From positions 450,825-514,824 of the forward strand of contig NMRA01000291.1 of the NCBI GenBank assembly GCA_002633005.1: a DNA stretch of 64,000 bases, given 5' to 3'. This DNA is from Phoronis australis. Taxonomy: Eukaryota; Animalia; Phoronida. The position numbers and the translations under genes were made by a program. Positions 51,526-64,000 of the stretch are shown here, one piece after another (the first letter of the stretch is position 1; every line of letters begins with the position of its first letter). A model generated the notes under the pieces. The model worked only from the letters and a program-made list of their open reading frames with translations. It was not told where the DNA came from and searched no databases.

Positions 51526-52757
51526 GGCCAGCCACTGTAGGCCCACTGACGCTTTGGTCAATCATGGTAAACGATTCTCTACCAGGTCGGCGTTTAACAT
51601 ACGTTACCTACGTGTGAACTGTAAAGTTTAGTTCCGATAAGCGATCTAAAAAAGTTTCTTTGGCGGGCAAACGATATTGTAACTTATTTAACTAGCAGTT
51701 GATTGCATACATGAAGAAAACTGTTGCATTATTAGAGAAATTAGTGTTATATCTGTTTGCGCTGTTTTGAGTTTTAGGAGCCTTGTAATGAAATTTCGAA
51801 AATGGCAACTTGAGTCGACGGCTTATTCGACAAAACTTCGATCAGAAAAACGAATTTTTTAATTGCGAAGCGTTATCATGAAGCATCAAACATTGATAGC
51901 AATTTTGTTGAACTTATCAATTGTCCCGGTCTTTCCCAAGTGTCACGGACTTTAAACCAAGTTCGTTTAAGTGGCCGGTAATCATCCTCTGGTGTTAATA
52001 ACATGAAACCATCAATTATTTACCGACCCGCGTCTTTGTGCTTTCAAAACAACCTCATTGCATTCTTATCCATGATTGATTTGAAATTGGACACAAGAAA
52101 TCGCTTGGAATTTCCCACACTGGCATATTGTGGAGTCATGGAACTTAAGTGCCGCAGAAACACCACAACACACCTGGTTTGAAGCAATAACGACCTATCA
52201 CTTCCTTTTATGCCAGAAAATCGTTTTTTATCTAAAAAAGAACAAGACGACTCAGACTTCGTGACTGTATGTCACCTCAATCAATGATGATTTTTAACAC
52301 CGAGAAGCGGGTAAATTTCCCTTGAAGAGAATGAATGCTTACTATACTTACTTGTAATAAGACCAGATTTTGGATGTGTTTTTGTAAGCTACAGCCACCT
52401 GTGGAGGTGGTTTATTAGCAAACAACCACTTGTCAGCTGTCAACGGTAGTCCAACTTTGTAACACACCTACTTGAGCGTGTCTCACTGCATACACTGCAC
52501 ATTCACTGTACATATTATGCATGTTGCGTTGTGAAGTTGCTAAGGGAATGACCCAGACCAGGTCACCAACACAAGTAAAAGTTGTCATTAGCTATTGTCC
52601 CATTGTTACTTGGCGGATTTCTTCGAATTCCGACAAGTATGTTGCTCTGTCGTCAAGTTTTACGAACCTATTCCTGCTGAAAATTCAAGCCAAAACCCAA
52701 TTAAATTTGATAACTGAAGCAGAAGTTTCAATTACTCTATTCCCTGCCAACACAATA

Positions 52758-53128
52758 CACGGGTGAGAATCAACATCATGATGACCGCCGGTCCTCTTAA
52801 ATCGGACCGCCTCACCCAAAACAGGATCTCCGGGGATCAAATGGGACCGTCGCACCAGAAAATGGGACTGACGCACCTAAAAACATGACCGCCCCACCAG
52901 AAAACAGGACCGCCGGGGACTGAACATGACCTCCGGGGATTGAAACCGCATATTGTCCGGCGGTCATGTTCAGTCCCCGGCGGTCCTGTTTTCTGGTGGG
53001 GCGGTCATGTTTTTAGGTGCGTCAGTCCCATTTTCTGGTGCGACGGTTCCATTTGATCCCCGGAGGTCCTGTTTTGGGTGAGTCAGTCCGATTTAGAGGA
53101 CCGGCGGTCATGTTGTTTCTCACCCGTG
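52758..53128. mobile_element. Foldback MITE with CAC..GTG ends and 5-bp TSD (Transib-like)
   Basis: CAATA|CACGGGTGAGAA ... TTCTCACCCGTG|CAATA; nearly the whole 371 bp is an inverted repeat built of ~20-bp GACCGCC-containing subunits. Confidence 0.85.
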
Positions 53129-53582
53129 CAATAGAGAGCCAGCTAGCTGGATTTTCATGTGGAGGACAATCAATAACCTTCTAGTTACATTGGCCAAGGA
53201 AGAATTTTGTCAAAATGACTCATCCAAATTGGTGGGCTATATTTAGATTGCAACGGTTGTAGCTAGAATAAAAAGTAAAATGAAATAACAAAAATATCAA
53301 TATATCTGATCAATCAGTTTATTTTAAAACATAAACAAAGAAATACATACAGTATGTAAAAATAAACAGCTTTGCCTTAGAAAATAAGCATGGCTGTACA
53401 ATGGTCTAGTTTATCAAAAATATTGAGAATCTTGGGATAAAGTGAGATCTGTAAATAAATACTAACTTAATCTATTAGTGCTGCGTATCAAAAAATACTA
53501 CATCTATCTTACAAAATATACACAAGTTTGCATTGAGTTTCCAGGTTAACAAAAATATGATCAACAAAATACTCATTAATGG

Positions 53583-54004
53583 TAGAAACACACCTGCACT
53601 ACTGTAGTAACAGAAAAATTAACAAATCATGCATTCCTTAAAACCTGAGACTGAATACAATTTTTCACCTCATACATATTTTTAATGCATGCATTTCCTG
53701 ATATACAACCTATTGCAATTTCCTTGTGCTTTTGTAAACCAGCCATAACCAAAATGCCAATTGCAGTAAGTTAATAAGTATGATGTGCTGTAGAAACAGA
53801 CCTGCACAATTGTAATAACAGAAAAAATATATGTATTCATACCTTTAAGCCTGAGACTTTAGGTCATGCAAGACGTGATACAATTTTTCACCTCACACAT
53901 ATTCGTATTCAAATAATTCATACTTTTCCTGGTATATAACCTATCGCATTTTTCTTGTACATTTGCAAAAAAGCCACAACCAAAATGCCAATTACAGTAA
54001 GTAA
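53583..54004 (+). repeat. Diverged tandem duplication of ~200 bp
   Basis: Units at 53583 and 53791 both run TAGAAACA.ACCTGCACA ... ATACAATTTTTCACCTCA ... AACCAAAATGCCAATT.CAGTAAGT. Confidence 0.85.
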
Positions 54005-56539
54005 ACAGAGTAAACAGGATAAAAAACTTTTTCTATTATGCTAAAATTTTAAGATCACGAGATTACTCATACAATGCCATGGGTTTTACAGAAAATCCCA
54101 CTGCAGAACCAACAATTATTTCAATACAATGTGAATCCACAGATTGCACCAACATGAGAATACCCTAGTTAATACTCATCAAAACAAAGGATACACTAAA
54201 CATCAGTCAGCCTGGCACACTGTACAATCAGTCTAAATATCAATGAACTATGTACAATAACATGCTTTATGAAACCACTTTAATATTATGTAACACTGGT
54301 TTAAGTTGAAGTCAATTATAAAACAAACAGCACCAAGCCACTGAAATGAAGCCGAGGGTCACACCAAAAAGAAATCAGGCTACAGGAATGACAGCAAATC
54401 ACTGACGATATACAAAAAAACATTAAGTTTAGCAACTGCTTCACGAAACTAAATTATTGATGTTTGTGCTAATACGAAAGTGCCTGGAGATACCCCACCA
54501 ACACCACAGTGTAAATATGAACAAAATCTGCAGCTTCCCTTTTTGAGATATCAAGCCTACGACATTGTGTCACTCACAGACAGACAGACAGACCGTTGTG
54601 AATACTGTGTCTTCCACATCTCGCTGTGGTGGACAAAAAGTCACGCCAATGACATTGTGACGTAGACAGATGGTCAAGAATACTAGGTCTCCCACACTGT
54701 GAAGTAGGGGACAATAAAACAGTTATGTAGCCTAATGTAGGACCATAAAAACAAGTATGTACATTTAGCAAAACCTGACAAAAGCATGTATTTTCGGAAA
54801 GTAAATTCCAGTAGAATATGCCATTAATGTAGCAAAACAGGCCCAATAAGTGACTACATGTCAAGAGTTTTCTAAGGCCCCACACAACCACAGCCAGAAT
54901 CATAACTTATTTAACAAAAGATAAATCTGCCAATGCAGACTTGAAAGCAAAAGTGTCAAAATTGTCACTTGTTGTAAGCTAAAGTTGTGACAATGGTGTT
55001 GTTGTACAAATGCTGCTTTTCTTTTATCTCGTCATATTTTGCATTAAATAATTTTATATGCGCTAAGTGCGAAGCGATACCGAAGCTAGTTTACAGTGAA
55101 ACAACACGTGTAGTTGAGATAAAAGGTCATATATATTATGACAAACTAAACTACTACAGATCCTTTTTCTCAGGACTAGGAAAGTGTTTGAACTGTTTCA
55201 GCAACGTATTGAACCTGTCTCTTGCCTGACAAAATTCAGTGTTACTTGGCTGACTTCGAATCATACCAATAATTTCAATGACAACCATTACCATGTTGCC
55301 AAAATTCGACTGATAGAGGCTCGGGGCTTTGTCGATGTTAATTGCAGAGTGGCAGTTCCTGTTACGTGTGGCTTTTTTATTCTCATGGTGTCGCTGTATG
55401 TCAAGATTCCAAATCCAATATTTGGCTTGGGTGTGATCGTGAGCATGTTCGGAGTTAACATAATATATGGCGACAAACAAATTAGTAAATACTTACTGTG
55501 CTCCTCAAGTCGCTTCACGATCCGATTCTCTCGAGACATTCGGCTTATCAAATTCAAGTTATAACACGACATATATATGAAGGTGGAGTTTTGTCTCCAG
55601 GTGTATCTTTGGGCACCTTCACTTTCAACCGATTTTTGCATCTTTCAATGCATTCTAAGGAAAGATGTTTGTGACAGATCGAGCGCCTCAGTAGTAAGGA
55701 GACCTGATGATCTTTCTAGAAACTACAGTGAAATTCCCATGCTAGTCCGGCATTCAGGCTTGCATTTACTGTCATTGACAAAATGAGTTTGTGATCACTG
55801 GCGTAGCCATGGTGGGGCACAAGGGGGCCACGACCCCATCTGGTCAGTTCAAAGACGTTTTCCAGCACGCACGTAAGCTTGGTAATTTGAATATTCTTTA
55901 ACAAACAAGAATTACTCAGAGTGCGTAAGTGAGAACCCAAGTCAGCGGATGATTCTGTGAACTTTGAGCGTCTTAAGGTTATCTCAAATTTTATTTAGTA
56001 GTCTCCATCTTAACTCGTATGTCAAAACAGCCATGCTTTGTCAACTAGTAAAGTATATATTTTCTGAAAGAAAAAAGACCAGGAATTACAAAAATATGTT
56101 TGATGTGCCATTATTGTTATTATTATTATTATTACATTAGCACTTTTAAAGTCAGAATTAAATTTTTAAGAAAGATACATTCCTAGCAAAATAACGCCTA
56201 GATCGATTTTAATAAAACCTTTTTTAAATGAAAACTTCACCAGTCACCTCAAAAAAGCTGTTAGGAATTTTTGTAAGTCTTAGTTTGGTTTCTGTGACAA
56301 ATCAGCTCGCAAAACGTAAAGTATTTTTGTAAATAGCAGTCTCATTCGTCTTTGTTACATTACGCAGAAACTAGGCCTTGATATCTAAAATCCTATCAGG
56401 GTTTTTGAGACTGGTGAATAAATATTAAATTTGGAAAGTTTCAACGAAATCCACCAAGACGTTTTTGAGAACTCGTGTTCAAATTAAGTCGATTTGCCGA
56501 ACACGAGAAAAAGCGGATTAAGTTGGGACACGTGAAAAT

Positions 56540-56586
56540 TTTCTTCTTCTGCATCTTCTTCTTCTGCATCTTCTTCTTCTTCTTCT
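56540..56586. repeat. (TTC)n-based microsatellite
   Basis: TTCTTCTTCTGCATC repeats. Confidence 0.85.
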
Positions 56587-56739
56587 CATTCTTATACTTC
56601 TGGAATTCAGTAATCTACCGAAGTGCCGATCCTTATACATTGGCGCCTGTCATTGAATAAATTTGAACCGTGCCTAACCGTGAAAGTAACAACAAAACGG
56701 GTTAGTGCAAGGATAAAAACAAGTTTTACTATTTACTGA

Positions 56740-56900
56740 GCGAGGCTGATGGTCAAGATGCAACTTGTGAACGCCTCTATTGTTTCTGATGAAATGATAT
56801 GTTCTGGGAGTCTATTCCAAAGTAAAACAGTAGATGCAAATAAAGAGTTTGCATATTATGTAGTGCAGATGTATGTTCTCTCAAAGGTATGAGAGGGGGA
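56740..56900 (-). mobile_element. CR1/L2-type LINE 3' end fragment
   Basis: Minus-strand NSLFASTVLLWNRLPEHIISSETIEAF resembles the CR1 ORF2 C-terminal SFFxxxxxxWNxLP motif. Confidence 0.5.
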
Positions 56901-56989
56901 ATTATGTGAACTAGGTTGTGTACGGTCTTGTACATGAGAGACAGTTTGTACATTATTGACTAAACGATGATTTTGAACACGCTCATTTG

Positions 56990-57833
56990 ACACAACTTAT
57001 GTCACCGAATTTCGATGTGACGTTATCATGAAATTTTAACTTGTATAATGGATTTCCTGTGCAAACCATGTTTGGAATAACTTGAACTATTTAGCAATCC
57101 CAATACACTCAATTGCTGCTCTGTTGATAATCACTGACATCTTGATAATCATCTCCGATTGCATCTCCTGTTCATTCCATTCAAACTGTGTCATAAATCT
57201 GCAGTTTAAACTCTTGAAACTATTCTTAATCCACTGGTCCATTCGCTGATTGGCCAAAAATATTTCTTAGTTGTGCTGGAACTGAAATCACTGGTTCTCA
57301 AGATCAACGAGGAACTTAAGGGTCACGACTAAACCAATCTCAAACAGAGGTTCATAAGCTATCAGTCAACAGTCAAACTGATGCTGTCCTTTTTGGATAC
57401 AAAACGAATTTTTGTATTAACAATTCCCACAAATACAACTGCTTGCTGAATCTTGAGATGTCTTGAATGAATTTGGAGTTCCATGTTTGTTCTGATATTC
57501 CAAGTTCACACACGGCCGACCAAATAAGACAATCTCGGCCCACGAAGTGCTTGATAGTACCGCAAATACTGTACTCCAATAACTATTGCATTGGCGCATG
57601 CACTTTGCATTACGTGCTGTCAATTGTCCAATGCATTCTCACTCAGGTGAAAAGCAAGACAGTTAAAAAATAAAGTGCAGTCACTCGTCTGGAATTTAAG
57701 GAAAGAGTATTATTCATGATTGGCTAAAAGGTGTTTCCTAGATACAAGCAATGTTCCAAGTTAGCCAAACCAAAAGTGGAAGAAAGGTTTAGTATTTTTC
57801 TAATGGAAAATTTCACCCTTTTATTGTTCAGAT
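56990..57833 (+). repeat. Dispersed ~850-bp repeat (copy 2)
   Basis: Colinear homolog of 23250-24107. Confidence 0.8.
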
Positions 57834-57864
57834 ACGGATAAAGAATTAAGAAAGGGCAATAATA

Positions 57865-57922
57865 CATGGGCGGCGCAGCACTGAAAAAACGTGGAGGGGC
57901 CCCCTACGGTGCGCCGCCCATG
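57865..57922 (+). mobile_element. Tiny hAT-like MITE (copy B)
   Basis: 13-bp perfect TIR CATGGGCGGCGCA / TGCGCCGCCCATG. Confidence 0.6.
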
Positions 57923-58175
57923 TAATAAAGGGCGTTATTAAAGAAACTAAAAAGGAATACGCTGTTTTTTTAATAGTAGCACGATATGCGATATTCCAGA
58001 CTCGGATTTCTTTCAGTATAGATGACTCTCTGTTTTGCTTCTCCTCAACATTTGCAGTGAAACAATTAAATTTAGCAAGTAGTCTAGTTGCCAGCCCAAT
58101 AGCTCCCCTAGTGAACCCTGTAATGTTGATTACTGTAAAGTTTTTTTGTTGAAATATATTAAATATGATCAGGAG

Positions 58176-58620
58176 AACAAAATTAGCTTGGTTGCACTTA
58201 GTGCAACTTTGAGCATTTTTTGCAATTCAAGATGGCGGATTCCGCCATCTTGAATTTCGATCCACTTTGGTTTTTTCAACTTTATGACTAACAGGGACAT
58301 GTAATACATGTACATTGTTTATACCATTATTTGTGATGGGGAGTCCATTTCTGGAGTTATTTCATTAATACGGGGTCATTTTCAAGGTCAAATCAGAGGT
58401 CAAAGGTCAAAACTGCCTAGCAGCCTTCTGACATCTAGTTTTTTATCTCATTATTTTTCATTTTCTTCGTTAACCTCATCAAGATATATTTTCAAGATGC
58501 TCAAAATTACAAACAATGTACTATAGTGGGCCAAACATTTTGCTCACAAGTTTCATGAGGGTTCTATTGGCACAATAGAGAAAGCATACGGCAAGGAAAT
58601 GCTCATACGCTCAGCAATTC
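58176..58620. mobile_element. Helentron-associated (HINE/DINE-like) non-autonomous element
   Basis: Terminal hairpin GTTGCAC-TTA-GTGCAAC, subterminal IR TGAGCATTT/AAATGCTCA, hairpin AATTCAAGATGGCGGA-T-TCCGCCATCTTGAATT and AGGTCAA repeats; related inverted copy at ~63590-63780. Confidence 0.5.
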
Positions 58621-58639
58621 AATGCTTGTACGTCTAGTA

Positions 58640-59290
58640 TGGTTACTGCCCATTACTCCAAAACACTACTCCGAAAAACCTCTACTCCGAAGAAACCCAC
58701 GTCTCCTCCAAATATGAACGCATTTGTTTCATTTGATAACACTAATACATTCGCGCACCCAGTCTAGACTGTGGGGGTCTTGAATTTTTGGCAATGTGGA
58801 CCTTTTACAAACAAAAACACGGGACTAAAAACGGGATATCACGTTTAGGGTTATGAATTGTGCATTCGCGCCATTTTAGTGGACTTTTGTCTCGTTTTCT
58901 CGGACTTTTTGTTTCTCTGAGGCGGACCTTTTTGCCCACTTCGCCAAATGGGGGGGGNCTCGTTCTAGCCCCCCGAGCCACCCCCCTTGGTTGCGCGAAT
59001 GTCATATGATACATTTTCTCTCGATCACGCGAACTTCAAAGAAGGATATAAAACTTGTTAACTGCAAAGACAGTAGTAATGGCAGAAATAAGTCATTGGA
59101 TTTCATTGTCACAATTACTTTTTGTGTGGGTACTTTGTTAGTAAGCCTAACAAATTAATAAACCTTTCGTGAAAATTAAGGAAAATTTAGGAAGATCGAG
59201 TAAAAAAGTCGTAGTAACAGTGTTTTTTCGGAGTAGTGGACCTTCGGAGTGGCTGTTATTTTTTCTGAGTGGTGGCATGGGCCATCTGTG
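58640..59290. mobile_element. Foldback MITE (CTACTCCGA subrepeats) containing a nested hAT-like MITE at 58748-59001
   Basis: Left CTACTCCGA repeats and right TCGGAGT repeats; inner TIRs CATTCGCGCACCCA / TGGTTGCGCGAATG. Confidence 0.5.
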
Positions 59291-60762
59291 TACTAACCTG
59301 TTACACTCCAGTATAGTCAACGGAAAGGCTAGAACCGATGCTCTGTAGGTATACTATCTCATGACAGCCAATGTTCTTACTCAATGTCTACTCAAATGGG
59401 GCCAAGTCTTATGAAGAGCAGTTGGTTTACCTAAAGATGGTCCTTCAACAACCCTGTCTCAAGGAGATGTTGACAGGTTTCTTCGTAGCAGGTCGCCATA
59501 ATCGTGTATGGCACTTGCGCTGGTGTAGCAATTTTCAAAATAAACCAAACAACGTGGAAATTCGTTTAGAGTACTAGAATACGATATCGCCTCCATGTAC
59601 GTTGTCTTAATTTTCGCAATTTGCACGTAACTCCATTCATCAAAAACAGTAAACGTTTAGGCGCAATAACGTCAGCCTAAACTACGACAAAACTTCGACA
59701 AAAGTGCGATAAGTGTTCGACTATGGTGCCATACATTTCTGGCAAGAAGTTTATACCAAGTTTAGCAGCTTGGCAGAGTTCTTTCGAAGTTTATATTGAC
59801 GTTTGCTATGTGTGGAGCACCTGTCCAATAATGTCAAAAAGTTCTACTCGAAGCTGCGCACAGCTGTCAACACTTGGATGACAAGACTGTACTACCCGAA
59901 GAACAGGCATACTGCATATCAAACGTGTAAAAGGTTCTGGGGTTATAAGGGGCATTTTAATGAGAGCTAAGCAATTAAGGGATCGTGTTGTTAAAGAGTT
60001 TCAGTGGGTGTGCCCTCCTTGATAATGCCATAGAGAACATAAGTCATGTGGAATGACGGTGGTGAAGAGCAAACGTCACGTAGCGGAGTGACAGGAAAAA
60101 GACTAAGTACAAGAAGGGAGTAGTGGACCTGGACGAGGATAACTAGAGAAAGATTGCGGAGGAGATAGAGAAGCACACTACAGGCACCCGCTCACTGACC
60201 AGCAGTCATATCTCCATAACATCTGCAATCGCCGAGTAGATTCCAGAACAGCCTGGTCACTGGCCATGAGCAGAGCAGTCAGATTTTTAGTTTTGGTAAG
60301 CACTGAATGTTACAAAGCAATAGGAAAAGTCAAAATGCTGGAGTTGCTGAAGAAGCTGTACTGTCAAGGGAAGGCCATGGCCTTGAAACGTTCAGTTGCC
60401 TGTTAGTCGAAAGACAGCATGTAACATTAAAGGCGAAGGCAACCTTTTTCCATGTCATTTTGAGCTAAAATAAGGTGGGTTGGTTATCCTAGACATATTT
60501 TCCACTTAATTACAGCTTTTCGTAATTTTATTAATTACTCGTCTGCTACTCCGGAAGTGACGTTTTAGGAGGCAAGAGTTTCCCGCCACTTGGTTTTGCG
60601 TTGACTTTACCGTGCGAATCTGTTCTATTCTACTTTTGTTTTGTGCTGTTTTTCAACAATTGTCGCCACCACTTTCCATCGGCAAGTATTCTGCGGCAAG
60701 ATTGGTTAGTAGAGAACTCAACTACGTTGGATTTAGGGATTTTAGTGCGTTGTAAGCTGAAA

Positions 60763-61085
60763 ATGGCTGGAGTCGGTGACCCGTATCACAGTGACAGTAG
60801 TGTGAGTGACGGAGACCTTGTTCACAGCAGTGGTGACGAGAAATTTTTTTCACGGACATTCAGTGCGTGGGTACATGTTTGAGCCCGATTAGCCCGAGTT
60901 ATAACGAGGCAGAGTACGCAAAAGCACAGGCAGCTGCTGAGAGAAACGAGGCGGCTACTGAGGACAGACGTGGTGACACAGTACATCTTGGTGCAAATGC
61001 ACTGTGTGTGTTGTTATGCCTACCTCAATAGAATGCTTGTGCTGTTCAGAATTCGACGAGGCCAAGCCACTACTGGACATAGTTA
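60763..61085 (+). pseudogene. KolX / P2X7-ballast-like Cys-rich protein, N-terminal remnant
   Basis: Acidic N-terminus, GYMFEP, then WCKCTVCVVMPTSIECLCCSEF (WCxCxxCxxMxxxxECxCCxE motif); frameshifted. Confidence 0.75.
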
Positions 61086-61862
61086 AGTGGACCTCCGGCA
61101 TACCACGGATAGAGGAACAACTGTCCCACTTGCCAGAGTGTCCCGCGACACACTCCCACTGGATCATGTGACCTGAGCACCCAAACTGCTCTACATCGTG
61201 TCGTGTGACTCCCTAGCCACACACACCTGGCACCTTCTAAATAGACAAGTCCACAATAAACTTATCAAAGTTTGGCTCACCGATCTGTTCACTGAACGAC
61301 AAACTGTCCTCTTCACTGGGTGTCGATCCTGGGCCTGTAATCACTCCCACTACTCAATATCACTGCAGGGCTGCTTAGAGGCTCTGGGCTGGAGAAAACA
61401 GCACAGGGCGAATCACTACTGGTTTCAGGAATTGCACGCTCTGGGGTACGTTCGGAGGCTAGGTGACAGTAGATGAAGTGCCTCAACTAGCTCCAGTCAC
61501 TGTACTGGTCACCTCGCGAGGCTTCTCGCTTCAAAAACGCACTTCTCAGGGGTGGTGACGGGGCACTGCCGGGAATCAACACAGACGGAATGGCATCCTT
61601 CTTCAGGCGTTGTTTCGCAGGGACCTTCGTCAGTTCAGCGTACAAATCCCTTTCGTAACCGCCAGGGCAGAAAGTGCTTGCCACACACACGGTATTTCTC
61701 CGCTGCTTTGTATGTTGGGTGGACGGGTAACGCTGCGTTTTTCACACGAACGAGCCAAGTACGGCGAAGTGTGTCATCCATCGGAAAGCGATGCAAAGGT
61801 ACTCCCAAAGCGCGCGTGAGCCTCTAATTAGTACATTCCGGTACGCAGCAACAATGTGACAT
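61080..61862 (-). pseudogene. Kolobok transposase N-terminus with THAP domain, disrupted
   Basis: MSHCCCVPECTN*..LHRFPMDDTLRRTWL..RVCGKHF, frameshift to LKKDAIPSV; later KFIVD..LFRRCQVC..WECVAGHSGKWDS; DDE core absent. Confidence 0.8.
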
Positions 61863-63233
61863 GCTGACTGACTAGTAAATGAAAGCAAGCGACGACGGAA
61901 CTTAACACAACCGAGGTTGAACAATGACCGACTCGGCAGCTCTCACAGTCAGACTATATGAAAAGAAATTGGCGCGAAATGTTTGCCTCCTAAAACGTCA
62001 CTTCCGGAAAAGCGGACGAGTAATTAATAAAATTACGAAAAGCTGTAATTAAGTGGAAAATATGTCTAGGATAACCAACCAACCTTATTTTAGCTCAAAA
62101 TGACATGGAAAAAGGTTGCCTTCGCCTTTAAAATAGCTAATTTCTTTCAGTATGAACTTATTGAATCCACTCCCTATAGCCCAGATCGGCAAATACGGCA
62201 GTCTGAGGAAGGGTCACAATGCCATTTTGGTCAAATCTCTTCGCGTTATGTCCCAAATCATTCTGCTCCGGAGGTGGTGTTGGTTGCTGGTTTCCAGCTT
62301 TTGTAGCAGGTCGTTTGGAGTGTTTCCGGAACTACAGGAGATTTAGGTAAAGCCCGGCACTCTACTAGCCCCCTATCCTCCCGCTTATGAAACAATTATT
62401 TGTTTTGGAAAATATGACCACAAAGATCCCTACACAAAGGACCATGAGACGATAACATGAGGAAAAGTTGAGGAAGCCATGCTAACCCCTGTTCCCAAAC
62501 ACCCCTTTTGCCCCAAACTATTCTATGTAACGCTATGTTAAACAACCTTCTATGAGTATAAGGTATTCCTTTCTATTCAACAACGAGCGGGAGAAAAGCC
62601 ACTGTGTAATTACACATGCTGAAGCAGACTTACAGGTAAATGTGGAAAAAGGCACCCACACCATCAGAAACACTTGTGACAACACTTACGCCGTCTACGA
62701 GCTCTTGATCTATGGGACGTCTAATATGCCAGTAGACGCCAAGACTAAAATGGAGAAGTGGAATGGTAGTATTTCGGACATAATGGAACATTTCAGAGAT
62801 TTGACCTGAACAAGTGCCGCCAACATGACAGGTCACAAGATGTGAGGGTACTGAACAGAGAAAAGTTCTTGGCGGTTTGAACGAGCTGTCAGAGACGCCA
62901 ATAACCCCTCTCTGAGTAGACACGGAGGTGTCAAATTGAACTTAACGCAGTCAGTAACTCGTGATCCATTGCCTTGAAGCTGTTCTCTATGAACACCGAC
63001 GCATGGGGTGGTGAAATTTTCTCGAGAACCAGTGACTCATCAATACCCAGTAGAAGCCAGGCTGCTCCGCGAAGTCGGGAAATTTACTTTATTCTATTGA
63101 AAGTTCCAGAAGTCATAGTTTATGAGTTTTTCCTAAATTATTAATAGTGTCCATCCTAGCCAGAGTCAACGTATATGTAACCTGCATAGATTACGCGTAA
63201 TCTATACACATACCCCTATTCACTATAAGAAGA

Positions 63234-63390
63234 GGCAGTGTGGCTTAGTGTCCTTCCTCTACTCAAGGTTGTGTTTTCGAGTCACACGGGGCACGCTGCT
63301 GGTAGCTTGAGTCAAGTCCCTAGATCCTCAGTTCCGTTTCAACTAACTTAAATCATAATAATGGTCCAAGGTGATCAGTGCGATGGGCCT
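63234..63390 (+). mobile_element. tRNA-derived SINE (copy 2)
   Basis: GGCAGTGTGGCTTAGTG ... TTTCGAGTC ... GGTGATCAGTGCGATGGGCC; homologous to 21128-21300. Confidence 0.65.
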
Positions 63391-63589
63391 TCTTGAGTGG
63401 CATGCGTAGCTTTGGTACAACAATATTTTAACTATTTATCAGTTGAAATGTTGGGAGGATATCTTATTCCAGTATTTAGCTATCCCTTATTCTTTGTATA
63501 ATGGGATTACAGAAATGCTAATTCTTCATGTCTCATAAATTTAACATCTCGTCGCACAAAAGAGATGAATTTTCCTTGTTTCAGTTCAA

Positions 63590-63780
63590 CGTGACCTTTG
63601 ACCACCTCTCATTTGACATCGACTTTGACCTTGCATCCATAAATTTTAAAATAATATCAGAAATGCACTCTCCGTCCAAAAAACATTGGAAACCATAAAT
63701 TGCAGGAACCTACACGATATCATGTTCAGAGTGTGGAAATTAGGCGAAATTCAAGATAGCGGCTTCCGCCATCTTGAATT
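63590..63780. repeat. Second HINE-like repeat fragment
   Basis: TGACCTTTGACC repeats and hairpin AATTCAAGATAGCGG..CCGCCATCTTGAATT. Confidence 0.45.
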
Positions 63781-64000
63781 ATAAAAAATAATTTTATTCT
63801 CCTAACCACATATTATAAATTTCCAAAAGAAAACTTTACAGTAAACAACACTACAGGGTCAATTTTTTGACAACTAGACTAAAGAAGAAAAAGTGAGGTA
63901 CCGAGGATAGAATGAAATTTTTAGAAATACAAATTAGTGTAATTTTTTATATAATTCAAACCAGTCTCTCCTCTGTTTTTGAAAAAATGTTTGACGTAGT

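Larger units (their letters stand above)
60431..62127. mobile_element. Internally deleted Kolobok transposon
   Basis: TTAA TSD (60427-60430, 62128-62131), AGG..CCT ends, ~145-bp near-perfect TIRs, convergent KolX-like and THAP-transposase remnants. Confidence 0.92.

Noticed and set aside
52758-53128. CRISPR-like appearance of ~20-bp periodic units
   Set aside because: No unique spacers or cas genes, eukaryotic context, and explained as a foldback element with a TSD.
55154-55641. Cluster of overlapping 108-126 aa ORFs on both strands
   Set aside because: No recognisable domain or convincing splice structure.
55973-56520. TTAAGG-starting Kolobok-like end (similar lone ends at ~4963 and ~15009)
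   Set aside because: No matching second TIR located.
60340-60395. CTGAAGA..AAGGCC-AT-GGCCTT-GAAAC hammerhead-like motif
   Set aside because: Core spacing is wrong and stems I and III were not identified.

Overview
Eukaryotic, AT-rich, repeat-dense animal DNA; the gene and transposon content suggests a marine invertebrate, but the species cannot be determined here. Two host genes are supported. (1) A complete 13-coding-exon PEX5 (peroxisomal PTS1 receptor, about 621 aa, + strand, 1509-21697). (2) A 2.9-kb uninterrupted minus-strand ORF (31315-34257) encoding a bacterial-type DUF294/GlnD-like nucleotidyltransferase module (GS...DxE plus a helical substrate-binding domain) fused to a variable array of 43-aa TPRs; decayed out-of-frame TPR units continue past its stop. 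This NTase-TPR gene is the best candidate for an undescribed system, possibly a sensor-coupled nucleotidyltransferase in immunity or conflict (inference). The rest is mostly transposon-derived: several TTAA-flanked Kolobok-type elements (one with convergent THAP-transposase and KolX remnants), a TA-flanked element with a HIRAN pseudogene, a three-level transposon nest (38.1-43.0 kb), a 6.4-kb element with a perfect 9-bp TSD and spliced-looking cargo, a foldback element with CAC..GTG ends and a 5-bp TSD, a HERO-like non-LTR fragment, tRNA-derived SINEs and simple repeats. All family assignments are by eye from motifs; no database search was run.
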